A stretch of 64,000 nt of DNA from Marsupella aquatica (Eukaryota > Plantae > Marchantiophyta). Of this stretch, positions 24,801 through 36,220 are shown piece after piece. How positions within the stretch are numbered: position 1 is the first letter of the stretch; each line of letters opens with the position of its first letter. The DNA is taken from contig OZ316895.1 in assembly GCA_973895155.1 (NCBI GenBank), forward strand, positions 7,304,184 to 7,368,183, read 5' to 3'. Below the pieces are notes generated by a model, which saw nothing but the letters and a program-made list of their open reading frames with translations, was not told the DNA's origin and did not search any database. Position numbers and translations under genes: made by a program.

Positions 24801-27800
24801 GTCTGACAAGACAAAGCCCGCTCAAATAAACAAAACACTCGCATTCCTGTGCCACTGAAGCAGTACGTTCCTAGACATGGATAGTAGCAGTCAGTGCTGG
24901 ACGACTCTCTCGCACCATACTGTGAGGACTCTCTAAGCAACATATAACTCCAGTTAATACCTTCTAACCTGTGTCTAGCTGAAATTAACGTCAGTAAAGA
25001 CTTCTAGCTAGGATTGGAAGGAGAAGTCCCTTTCGGTATAAGAACTAGCTACAGTAGTGTTCCAGATCGGAGGAAACTGAAATCTCAAAAGCTGGACATC
25101 AAATACAACGCATCTCGTTCTTCTAAATTCATAGGTTTATCCTGGACACTACTCAGCTGATGAAAATGGTGGACAAGATCACTGTCGAGTGCAACGTAGT
25201 CAAAAGGTTTGTGTCTATTAGTAACCGGAAGCTTCTCATCCTGGTGTCTCCAGCGGGTTGCAAGCGGTGGAGCAGTACACTGCCGCTTATATGTGTCGAT
25301 ACTTACAACGTTGTTCTACGTATGTCCTACAGAGGTTGCGTTTTCATCAGCAAAAGTGTGAGAAGATGGAAAACATGCTACAACCATACAGTTCATGCAG
25401 TTATGCGTGGGACGAGCCTTGCAGACCTCATCGCCTTATCATTGAGGTTAGACTGTAGGCTTCTGACGCTTACTCCACTTGGCGTGCTGTTTATGCTTTT
25501 GGACTTTCGAAAGAAAAGTCTGTCCAGAGCTAATTAGGTGAATTCGTTTGACGGAAGATGGATAGTTGTCCAGCTCGAGCAGTATAGTGAACTTGTTAGG
25601 TATGATTTGCCATAGCCTTTGAGCCGTGCACTGAGAATCAAACAAGTCTGAAATACTACGAGAAATTTGTAAGTTCAATGTGTTTCCCTCAGACTTGGAA
25701 GATCGTTCTGTATTGACGTCATGCTTTCATGGTGTTCTGGTCCACAAATCTCAAGATACGTGATACTGTCAGAGTCGTGAATCCTTTCACACGCCTCATT
25801 CTGACTGATGCAGGTACCTGGGGCAGGGGACTTGGGAGCATTTTGGCTTGATGAAGTCAAAGAGTACCCTCCTGTCACTCTACCTGCGACTTCGGAGGTG
25901 ACTTGCTCGGCGCTCTTGAAGCTTTTGGTTTCATAATTTTGGAAATCATCAGCAGCTCGCAGAGCTTTCTCGGAAAGATAGTGTTAACATTTTTTCCATA
26001 TTACAAATTGAGATTGGGTTATTTCCAGCTCAAGTTAAATGTCTGCGACTCCCGTTGCTAGTTCAAGCCCATTCATGTTGTGTCTAAAGAACACGATTTG
26101 ACGAACATCTTGGTTGACAGAAGGCGGAGCGGAAATGGCTAGTCCATGTGCGTGCAGAGGGTCCCATAAGAGTAAGTTCCACAGCCTTTTGAAGTATAGC
26201 AAGAGGATCAGAGGGATATATCTGAGATCTTTTTCAAGTGTAAGACTTGAAGACCACGCACTAAACAATTGACAATTGATTTGTTTTGCTTCAAACTGCC
26301 ACTGTACTTGGTTACTTCTTCACGCGAATGTGCTATGATTGATAGATATTCGCCATGGCTCTCTAAAATCAAATGTAGTAGATCAGAACTTTCAGTTCTT
26401 ATGTATAGAACCAGCGATGAGATCTCTCTTATCTTCAACGCTCTTCATCGCACCTCTGACGTGGACAACAAATCCTATCTAAATTGACTCGTTTTGAGTA
26501 ACTTGGTGATTTGGAAGTCCTCGCATGCGCAAGTAAGCAAGGGACAGAAGGTACGCAGTGGTGAAGGAGTCTAACTGAAATTCGAAAAACAAGCTCATGA
26601 TCACGATGAATATTTGTACCTGTAATATATTGTCATAAGCTGGAGATGAATATTGAATTCTGAAGGGACTTCGATCTGATGTCAGCGGAATTTATTCTCA
26701 TGCTTCATTGAAATATGTAGGTATTGAGCATAGTGGATGGGACTGTGCACACAATGAAAGGGTCGGCTGGAGTGGAAGGGGCTTCAACTGGGGATCAATT
26801 TCAAGAAACTGGCCAGAACGTCGAACCCAGCGCAGAGCTTTTTGAGGAGTTTACTGTCAATCTTTCGTATCTGGGCTTTTCTGTGATCGACACGCAACCG
26901 CAGGTAAGATTTGCCCGTTGATTGAAGTACCACTATTTATAGTTTCTGTTAAGTAAAATTGATTCATTGAAAGTGAACTTTGTTCAGGAAAGTTGAATCA
27001 GTTTAATGGTAACGCAGAATTGTAAAGATGTGGCCATGATCATCATGATGTGAAGTGTGGGGAACCTTTCCTAAGATGGTATAAAGGCTTGTCACTGCTA
27101 GCTATGTGAAAATATAAGGTTCATGATAGGCCACCTGTTATTTGATATGGGCAGTTTGAACGGGATCAATAACTGAATCGTGATAATCTAAGTGTTGTAT
27201 TTGTGGTCGGCACGTTCTCATGTCTTCTATTTTTGGAACTTTCTGCCGTTGAGCCCAGACATAAAAATCTGGTTCGGTACGAGTATTAAGAAGTTTGCAC
27301 ATTTGAGCTGTTGTCAGAGAATGGGATGTTTATCTTTGTTTCTATTGACAGGAAGTGATTTACGCCTGTGCGAAAGGTCTAAAACTTCAACTTCTTCAAG
27401 GTCGACATCAGCAAATTCTGAAGCTTGATGTGGCATGGCTACAAGTTGATAATCAACTTCGATATGCCGTCTATCCTGTTATGCTGTCAGTTGCTAGGGC
27501 TCCTCCAGAGCAATTCACAGCTCCTCAAGGCACGAGGACAGATATGCAAACTATGGACAGTGAGCTTAATGGCGGCAAAGCCTTAGAACTGTCCAAAGAT
27601 GCCACATTTTCCATTTCTGTTGCTAAATGGAGCAATCCTACTGGTTCTGTGGACTGCTTTCAGTACATCCGTATGAGGTACACCAACTAAGCCAAAGACT
27701 TGATTTTTGTTTATTCTGTCAATGTGTCAGTGGTGGTTCTGTCTATTGCGTGGGTTCTCGCTTGTCCATCAAAATAGCGTTCTGAATGAATTACCCTATT

Positions 27801-30800
27801 TAGTAGACTTTGTGAATAGCACCTTTAAAAATGGACGAGGAAGTACCACGTTTCTATGGCTAAATGGCTCTGCTTCTGTTGTATTCGAGGGCTGTAAAGA
27901 GCCATTAGACGAGGGTTTGGATTGGAAGAGGAGTGTCTCACTTGTTGCAGAATCCCAGCGTATGTTTGCTTGATTCGACGAAGGATAACATGGTATCATT
28001 TATGGGCCGATCCAGATACTAACTTTGAAGGTTGAAGCCATGGCTAAGTTGCTGAGCACGACATCTTTGTCTTAATTTTGGAATCCGCAGGTTGGAACCT
28101 CTGCGGTTGGAGCTAGAGGAAAGAGTGGTTTCTTCCTTGTTGCACCTATTGGAGACAATGTCGTGGAGTGCTTTTAGTACAGGTTCATATATGTTTGCAG
28201 CTTTCAATTCAGAACCTTGGTCCGTCCTCCATGGAAGCCAGTTATACGGGTCATCCATGCAGCCTTTTGCAACAACTCCTTGGAAGTATGATATGGTGCA
28301 TGTCCCTACATCAAATATCATGCGCTTCACCAAATTGGTCAACCGATTGGATGCGTATCGTTGCTGGGCTTCTGCTGTAGCGGTTGAGCCTATTAATTGG
28401 CAATCACAGAAACTCTTTTTATTTGCCAAAGAGAGGAGGAAGGCATATATTGAGATGCTTCATGTGGCACCTATTGTACTCAATGTGAGGTGAGTTAGGC
28501 ATCGTTGTAGTCACGCAGACACTATTTACCGGTTTTTCTACTGATGCATCTCACAAAAATGGCATGGAACGCCATCCTTCAGGTGGGAACAAGGCGTGAA
28601 GACCAGAATTGTTTTCAAAAAGACACTTGGCTCTTGAAATCTGAAGAGTGCTTTTGCGGACAATTTTCCCTTGACAGTTTTGAGAGTCTTGATTTTCTGG
28701 TATTAATTATCATTGATTTTCTTCAGTTTTTCAAGTGCTCCATGGCTAGCGGACGAAATTGGGGGAGGTGCGACTCGTTCTCTATTGTGGATGACTGGGA
28801 CATTGCTACAGGTAAATACCCCTGAAAGTTGTCTTTCATTCACTACTGTGCAGAATTGAAAGAAGGCGATATCGGAGCTGACTGACATATTGGTTATCCA
28901 TGCACCAAATACTCATGACTTCTTTGAAAACCATACAGGGCTTGTTCCAAGGTTACATTAGTCGCTACTGTGATAATATTTGCCCTCTCTGACTTACCTT
29001 GATGCTTATACATAAGAGTGAGTCCCGCTGATTTTCTCTCTTTCCATGTGTTGGCAGCGACAAGTTAGAGCATTGGTTGATGTGGAAGGTGCTCCAGTGC
29101 ACCTAAGGCAATTGAAATTGGCCCATCCTTTTGCCAGCTGGGATGTTATTCGGGGAATGATTACTAGACATTATACTCGCCAACTACTGCAAGAAGTTTA
29201 TAAGGTAGTTGTTTCTCTAGGACTTCAAGGTCCCTCCCCACATTTTATCAAAGTCATGAGGGAAGATTTTTTGCATTCAGTTACAACGATGGACAATTGA
29301 TGCAGTAGCTAAAAGCTGGGGGTATGATGTTCTGGGATGAGGCATTTCTGGCGGAAACAGAAATCGGACACAGAAATTGGTTTTGGCACGACATGAGAGA
29401 ATTGTACAGAGAGGGTATTGTGCCGCGAGTCAACATGGTAGTAATGAAGGTGTTTCAAAATTTTGTACTATTCTCGATGCATGCTGAATTTTTGTCCGAA
29501 ATGTAGGTACTTGGGTCAGCAGATGTATTTGGAAACCCTGTGGGCTTCATCCGCAGTATGGCATCAGGCATGTGGGAGTTTGTTTCTGCGCCGACTAGGA
29601 GTTCCGTACAGGTACGCTACTTATCTATGGTTTGTGCCGTTTCAGTGGACTTCGTAACTATTTGATTGTTCTGCCATCTAGCAGTGGAGGTAAGAAATTT
29701 TTGGAGTAGCTGCCTACACATTAGTAGGGGGTCTCAATCCTCGAAATTTGATGGACCTTAACTTAGTAGTTAAGGGCTATGGATAGAGAAAAGTTATGGA
29801 CTACCAAATTCATGATCTGTAAGTTTTTGCCATAAAGATTGGTCATATGCCATGACCATAAGTCACTGTAGTGGCTGAAAGAGAAAAAAGGAAAAACAGT
29901 TACGCACTCTGTGAACAAGCTATGGCCATTTGTTTATGGTCAAAATCCATCGTCCGTAACTTTGAAGCTTTGAGACTCCCTATGATAGTGGTATGGACGA
30001 TAGATGCGCCTTTATCTGCTCAGATTAAGTTCTGAGTAACCTCATGAGGACGTTAATCATGGTGTGACGTACAATTGGCACGATTGCTGTGCGGACTCTT
30101 CAGTGACATACAAACGCTTCAGTCCATGATGTAAGTGTATTGGGTTCAGAGGGTACCAACGCGTTAATATCGCTCATCTGGCTCATGTGTGCAGAGTCCA
30201 ACTGAGTTGGTCAGAGGAGTTGCACAAGGGACAAGTAGCTTGTTTACAAATACGGTTTTTGCATTCAGTAATGCAGCAACTCGCATGAGCAGGGCTGCTC
30301 GGAAGGTTGGTTTTCCCTTTATCCAATTGCTCGCAAAGTAACCTACCATTGATACGTGGCAAATTGAGCAGTGTATCTTGCGGGTGAAAAACAGTGACCG
30401 CGTTTGTGTAATCAAGAGGCCTTTGATCAGATTGATTCAAGTCCATTAGACTTCCATCAACACACATACATTTGCTAATTGTGTTTGTGCACCAACATCA
30501 CCAGGGTGTCGCCGTGTTTACATTCGATTCGGAGTATGACCAAGCGATGGAAAGGTTGTTACGGTTGGAAGGGTCTCAAGAAATCAGTGTGGTGAATGAG
30601 TTTTTAGAGGTAATTCTTTTCTGAGCGCTGGATGTCTTTCTTTAGATGAGGGCTGTTAATATTACTGTTAGATAGTCTTTTACAAAAGCAGCAAGGCAAT
30701 TAGTCTATGCCAATGAAGTAATTTCCTCACGAGTGAGATTCACGTTTTTGGATAAAGTTACGATCATCTTGATGGGTCTACAATTGCCACAACACGAAGG

Positions 30801-32832
30801 GCAGTTGGATGCCAATCACCGGAAACTAGGCGACAATGCAAAATAGAGGCAGAGCAACTGATACATCTGCCAAACCTGCTGCTTCAGTGATCGTGGCGTT
30901 ATTGTTTTCATGCTAAACATTACCTCACTGTTCATAGATATGAGTGTGGCCAAGACATGGTGGAATTAGCGAACTATTGTTTGGGTTTTGATGATTGGGG
31001 GTCTCACATTTCTACTCTTCTTGATAGCAGGGTCTTACTGGTTTGCTGCAAGCACCAATTAGGGGAGCAGAAAGACATGGCCTTCCAGGAATGCTATCAG
31101 GTATAGATCCAAACCAATCACCTTTCTCAAGGCTTGTGAGCCACGGCTTGCCTGTCCAGAAGGACGTTTTAAGCATTGGTGAAGTGACTATCAGTATCTG
31201 AAGGTCATATATTTTCAAGTATGATATGTTGTTGATGTCCATGTACTCTCCCTCGTTGCCTCCTATCAGATGTACCTTTGACATCTCTCATCTACAGACG
31301 AAGTGTTGACATTATTCTTCTGTCACTGACACTCAGCTGTGCAGCATTGATCTGAACAGAAAACCTAGATTCTGTCGAGAGGTACTCACCATCTTGGCAC
31401 TAAGCACTAGAGATGGACTTCCTAATGCTTTTTCTTCCAAGTTCCCCTCCAGCTCCGGTTCTCACTATGCGTTCAGTTTCTCGGTATCCCCACGGTCAAA
31501 GCATCCCTTTATGCCAGCAGCTCGCCCCCTTCCAGTACAATCTGAAGGAGAAAACCACCATACAAAAGGGACCTGCCCCGGCAATTGCTGCAGTACTCAC
31601 GCACGCCCTGAACATAATACTACAATTTGTATCTATCATCGGTCGACTAGGGTGAAATATATCGAAGAACAGGTTTACCAGGTTAGATAGGCCAGTTGGA
31701 GGATTCATGCTGTGATCCTGGAAAACTTGTTAGACAGCCACAAATGTTTTGGAACCATATCAGGCTTTTTATGAAAAGTTTGTGGCTCTAGGTACGGCCT
31801 CTGGTTGTCCTCGAGAGGACCATCTTATTCTCTAACCAACCATATCGACCGAGAAAGATTAAATCTGTCTGTAAGTGAAGACTGTTGCTAACCATTTCAA
31901 TTGGTGGGCGTCTCAATGGCAGGCATGGCTCTTGGTGTTGTCGGAGTTGTTGCAAGGCCTGTTGCCAGCATTTTGGAAGTGGCTGGCATGACTGCTCAAA
32001 GTATCCGGAACAGGAGTAGGCCGATCCAATGGCATGCAACCCGGGTACGATTACCTCGACATGTGAACGATTATTCACCTTTGATGCTTTACTCCTGGGA
32101 GAGAGCTGTGGGACAGGCAGTCTTGCTTGAGGCAGAAGGAGGTCGTTTCAAGAATGAGGTAACTAACGTTCTTACTACGCTCTCTTTGCCTTCCCTGGTT
32201 TAACCTTGCAGGTAGAAGTCCCTCAATGTCTATTTCTGTTTCCAATACCATTCAATAGTGTTGTGCTTCTACTCTTGCCATTTTGGCTTCAAAACAAACT
32301 AGACTTGGATGCTACTACTTGCCATAAAATTTGTGGTGTATGACATGTGATAATCACTTGATGTTCTGGCTTTCAGGTGTACTTTACATGTAAGCCCCTG
32401 GTAGAAGAGGGGAATTTTTTGCTGTTGACAGAATCCAAAATATTAAGAGTGAGTACTGCCACATTGGCAGATGCTACAGCAGCAAATGATGCAATGTACG
32501 GGCCCAAGTGGAAATTGGATTTGGAAGGGGAAATTGATGATATCTTACATATAGATCACGTAGATAATCAGGTCAGTGTGCTACTAGGGCCTCCTATGCG
32601 GCCCCTAATACGGCCCCACCATCAAGGTGTGGGCAGTACCAAATACACAACTCGGTTTACACCTTTTGCTCATGAGACATTTGCATTGGTAAGTCAACGT
32701 GCTTCTGATGAGGTTCTTGAAATGCTGCGACTCCTTGATGAGCAACATCGGAGAGCTCGATCCAAGCTGTTACTGGCATCATCGACTTCGTTGTCTTGCC
32801 CAGAGTTCCTAGATCTAGATATGTACTTCTGA
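3818..32832 (+). CDS. VPS13: Vacuolar protein sorting 13 family bridge-like lipid transfer protein (plant VPS13X / At3g50380-like), about 48 exons
   Basis: ATG 3818 starts a chorein-N domain: MFEGLLYQLLAGYLGHYVKDINREHFRLGLWSG|EAFLENVEIRLEAFDHLQLPFAIKQG|FVGKLRLQVPWSKLGWEPILIALED. Large exons lie at 15248-16596, ~16942-18313, 19631-20263, 20922-21404 and 22207-22948. VAB/SHR-BD-type motifs: WEPLMEPW, APYWLQNDTG, LKAPLVIKNCLP, ISAPFWLYNCS, PYRIENFT, YAWDEPC. C-terminal APT1/ATG2_C-like motifs: LQVDNQL, DVFGNPVGF, GLTGLLQAPIRGAERHG, RVRLPR. Last exon 32377-32832 ends in TGA. Exons join in frame with GT/GC-AG boundaries. Confidence 0.95.
4749..4813. repeat. Pyrimidine microsatellite (T5-7CC)n in a VPS13 intron
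   Basis: About 7 units of tttttcc / ttttttcc. Confidence 0.85.
6753..7021. repeat. Diverged ~140-bp tandem duplication spanning a VPS13 exon end and donor site
   Basis: ccattagtaccaccgatggccgagatcatcctgtgctaccagggtgtgtaacggtttcatatcaatcctg (from 6753) aligns with ccatagtaccatagatggacgcgatcatcccgtgctaccaggaactgtaacggtttcatagcaatcctg (from 6897). Both continue with gaagatgggtga...ttcatgg...gtggta. Confidence 0.85.
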
Positions 32833-34227
32833 TCGTCATCTCAATAGTTCATAGTGGAAAAGCTGTAGTTTAGTGGAATCTAAAAGTGTACATAATTTAT
32901 ACGTTGTTCTCGGTAGGGTTATACCCAAATTTCCTGAAGCTTCGTCGGCGGCCATGCCAGTGGCTCATTTACTTGAGGGGGTGCATTTTTACACGGCATA
33001 TACAGGGAGGGTCGCGGGTTTAGTCACTAAATATCAGGATATTACTCTTGCCCCATGAACTCCATCTAGAACAATATGTAACTCCAGACTTAGACTTATT
33101 GAGGAGGCTGTAAGCTGTCAGGTTAGCTCGCCAAAATCTGATTCTGGAGTATTTGCAATCCATCGCGCCCACAGTCTAAATTACTTGTAACTGATATTTG
33201 AAATTGTGATAATAATGATATCCTGGGATCACTTGGTGATCACTTTCAGTCTCAATGCGTTCTCGTCCGTTGTTCTACATTCTTTGGAGGCGATGAAAGG
33301 CAGTGATACAAATCCAAGAATCTACATAAATCATGCACGTGGTTTATCCCGTTCCAAGTTGGTGTCAATGGGATCAGTGATATTTTTCGCCAAGTTCAAT
33401 TCTATGACGACTTGACAAGGCCTTCGAGCAACGATTTCTGTTCACTCATAGTTATTCAATTGCTTTTGTCCAAACGGAGTTTACGTCTCGTCACATGATG
33501 CCTCGACTAGACGCGCGAAGGCCAGTAACAGAGCACATTCACAGGACAAAGCATTTTGTTGAGAGCATGAAATGCATATTGAAGTACTTCTTGAGGGAAC
33601 ACTGGCTCGTGTACTTAATGCCCAGCCCGGAAAGGTAGGATCATTTCATCATGGTAGGAAATTCTAAGATGCACCTTATGTACTCTTGGGAATGAAAGGT
33701 TTAGAATGTCGACGACTTTCCCTTGGGACCTAAGACATCCCATATCGCCATGAGACAATCACGTGTCAATGGAATCTCTCTAAATGCATACCCCAAATGG
33801 CACCTTCTCTATATGAACGTATTTCTGAGGTTGTAGGTCTGCACATGCTCGTCACTTCTGAAGCAATAGGGTTAGGGTCTGTCCCCACAGGTTACGTGCG
33901 TAACTCTCTACTTTAGACAAAAAATATTTATTGCAATGCCATCTGTACAGGTTAGATAAAGATGAGGCTCTGCAACAGAAAAGCGCTCAATTTGCCTAAA
34001 GCTTGTGTGTCTTTAAATCTACAGACCATAACTCACACAAGCTGACTGAATAGATCCGAGCTTTGCGTATTGCAATCCGTCTCGTCCGGTGATCTATACC
34101 ACGAGCTCGTAAATCCATAGATTATCTATAGATTCAAAAATTGGATATTGCAATCCACCTGTCGGGTGAAAATGCATCAATCCCTGCACTTGAGCAGTAG
34201 AAAATTTTACATCGGACTGAACAACCT

Positions 34228-34656
34228 TCACGAGACATCATGCTGCGAGGCGCCAGACTGCTTCGACCCTAAGAGGTTCTTCAGGCGTCCACTCCGGTGC
34301 GCCTGCACAGTGTCATCGGACCCGCCAATGTGCTCTCCGTCAATGAAAACCTGGGGCACCGTTCGTCGCTTCACCAGATCGTACAAAGCGTCCTGAATTC
34401 TGGCACCGTCCTCACGCTGATCGAGCTCCACAACAAACGGCCTCTCCTTCAACTCCTTGAAAACCTTCTTCGCCCGTCGGCAGTAGGGGCAGTAGGACTT
34501 GGAGAAGATGACGATGGAGTGCGAGGCGACCGTCTTTTTGACGAACGAGAGCGGCGCAGATTCCGTTCCGCTCACGCCGGGCGTCACCAGGAGCCCCAGG
34601 CTCCCCACCGTGCAAGCGAACGCGAGCAGCAGCATCGCTTTTCTCCTCATCTCCAT
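34228..34656 (-). CDS. Class I (CPYC) glutaredoxin, GRXC3/C4-like, with N-terminal signal peptide; single exon
   Basis: 142-aa ORF with a hydrophobic N-terminus, IFSKSYCPYC active site, TVPQVFI cis-Pro motif and HIGGSDD GG motif. No intron is needed. Confidence 0.95.
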   Translation of the reverse strand: MEMRRKAMLLLAFACTVGSLGLLVTPGVSGTESAPLSFVKKTVASHSIVIFSKSYCPYCRRAKKVFKELKERPFVVELDQREDGARIQDALYDLVKRRTVPQVFIDGEHIGGSDDTVQAHRSGRLKNLLGSKQSGASQHDVS

Positions 34657-34775
34657 CTCTCTCGCACCTCCTTTCTCGTCCTGTCGTCACCCCAAAAATT
34701 CTCTCCTCACCCAAAATCTCCTCTCCTCTCCTCTGCCCACCAAAAAGTCCTCTCCTCTCCTCTCCAAAAATCAAA

Positions 34776-34822
34776 TCTTCTCTTCTCTTCTCTTCTCTTC
34801 TCTTCTCTTCTCTTCTCTTCTC
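34776..34822. repeat. (TCTTC)n microsatellite in the GRX 5' region
   Basis: About 9 consecutive tcttc units. Confidence 0.9.
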
Positions 34823-34835
34823 TAACTGCTCTGCT

Positions 34836-35445
34836 CTGACAGGAACAAAGGATTCAAGTGTGTAATCATTTCTATTTTGACAGGAACAAAGGTTTCAAGG
34901 GTGTAACCATTTCTGCGGTAGGCTTTGATTTTTCAATTGTGTAACCATTTCTAGAGTAGGCTTTGATTTTGACTTGAAGGAAGGTTTCGAGTGTGTAACC
35001 TTCGTTTCGAGTGTGTGGCCATTTCTATTTGGGCTGACACGAAGGTTTCAAGTGTAGGTTTTAATTGTGAAACGATTTCTAGTTTCACCGAAACAAAGGT
35101 TTCAAGTGTGTGACCATCTCTACAGTAGGCTTTGATAGGAACAAAGGTTTCAAGTGTGTAACCATTTCTTTTCTGAAAGAAACAAAGGTTTCAAGTGTGT
35201 AGCCATTTCTATAGAAGGCTGTGGAAGGTTTCAAGTGTAGTTTCAAGAGTGTAACCATTTCTACAATAGGCTTTGACCAGGACAAAGGGTTCAAGTGTGA
35301 AACCATTTCTATTTTGACCAAAACAAAGGTTTCAAGTGTGTAACCAGTTCTACTAGGCTTTGACAGGAACAAAGGTTCAAGGTGTGCAATCATTATTTTC
35401 TATTTTGACCCGAACAAAGGTTTCTAGGATATAACCATTTCTACT
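34836..35445. repeat. Degenerate minisatellite array, core aaaggtttcaagtgtgtaaccatttcta
   Basis: More than ten diverged copies of gacaggaacaaaggtttcaagtgtgtaaccatttcta, separated by tttt or cagtaggcttt linkers. An inverted copy lies near 35644-35670 and a direct copy near 35836-35858. Confidence 0.9.
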
Positions 35446-35970
35446 AAAGCTGTAACCTTGTGACCAGAAAATGAAGAAAGCTGACAGGTGGAAACTGGGA
35501 AGCTTTTCTGAGCATTCTCTGAGAACAGGGTTTAGACTAGAACTCCATCCCAGACCGCCCTTATAGTGTGTAAATATGGTACAAACAAAAATTAATGATC
35601 ACAATTTTCTAGGCAAAAGATTATGGAAATAGCAAGGACCTCCAGAAATGGTTACACACTGGTAACCTTTCTTCCATACCAAATTTATGTATGATGTTGT
35701 TGTGGAGACTCTTGGGCTTGTTGGCTCCTTGGTCTCCTAGGTTTTCCCTTGGTGGCCCCCTTTATTGGGTCTCTTGCCTTTTCGACCCTGGCTCCTGGTT
35801 GGGTGACTCTTGTATTTTATACAGTCTAAAATGTATTTCAAGTGTGTAATCATTTCTAGTGCATGTTGCTATTCTCAGACCTTGTGTTGGGTAACCCTTT
35901 TTCTTTTAAAAATTAGGCAAAAAACTGATGTCTATAACCCTGCGCTTGGAATGTAAAAAGCTGCACAACT

Positions 35971-36220
35971 TGTTAGGCTTTTGACTCAACCTTGGCTAGG
36001 TTAACCGGAGTTAACATTAGTTGACTAGACTCTTCATGAAGGGATAACCCTCTTTGTATCCCATGGAGAGAGAGCACTTAGTCGAGAACTTTGTGTGATT
36101 GAGAAAAAACTTGGACCATGAGCTATGATGATATGTACTTTTCATGTTCATAGTGAAACTCTTGGTGCGGCCTTGGACGTAGTCCTAACTGGGTGAACCA
36201 CGTATCTTTGTGTTGATGTA
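35971..36220 (+). mobile_element. Truncated Copia-like LTR fragment related to the solo LTR at 47315
   Basis: Starts tgttaggcttttgactcaa. Contains ggacgtagtcc...ggtgaaccacgtatctttgtgt, matching ggacgtagcc...ggtgaatcacgtatctcttgtgt in the 47315 element. No clear CA terminus. Confidence 0.6.

Noticed and set aside
31394-31708. Overlapping ORFs inside a VPS13 intron
   Set aside because: No motifs, no supporting splice or start context, and short length.
13538-32832. Separate genes for the long ORFs at 15249, 17082, 19604, 20775, 22227 and 32377
   Set aside because: All splice in frame into the single VPS13 model; they are exons.
34297-34839. Plus-strand ORFs overlapping the glutaredoxin
   Set aside because: Antisense shadows of a GC-rich CDS extended by the TCTTC microsatellite.
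35085-35393. 102-aa repetitive ORF (MVTHLKPLF)
   Set aside because: Translation of the minisatellite; neighbouring units are not frame-preserving.
34836-35445. CRISPR-like array (conserved ~28-bp repeat with intervening sequence)
   Set aside because: The intervening segments are short and similar to each other, the repeats are degenerate, there are no cas genes, and the context is a eukaryotic intron-rich locus.
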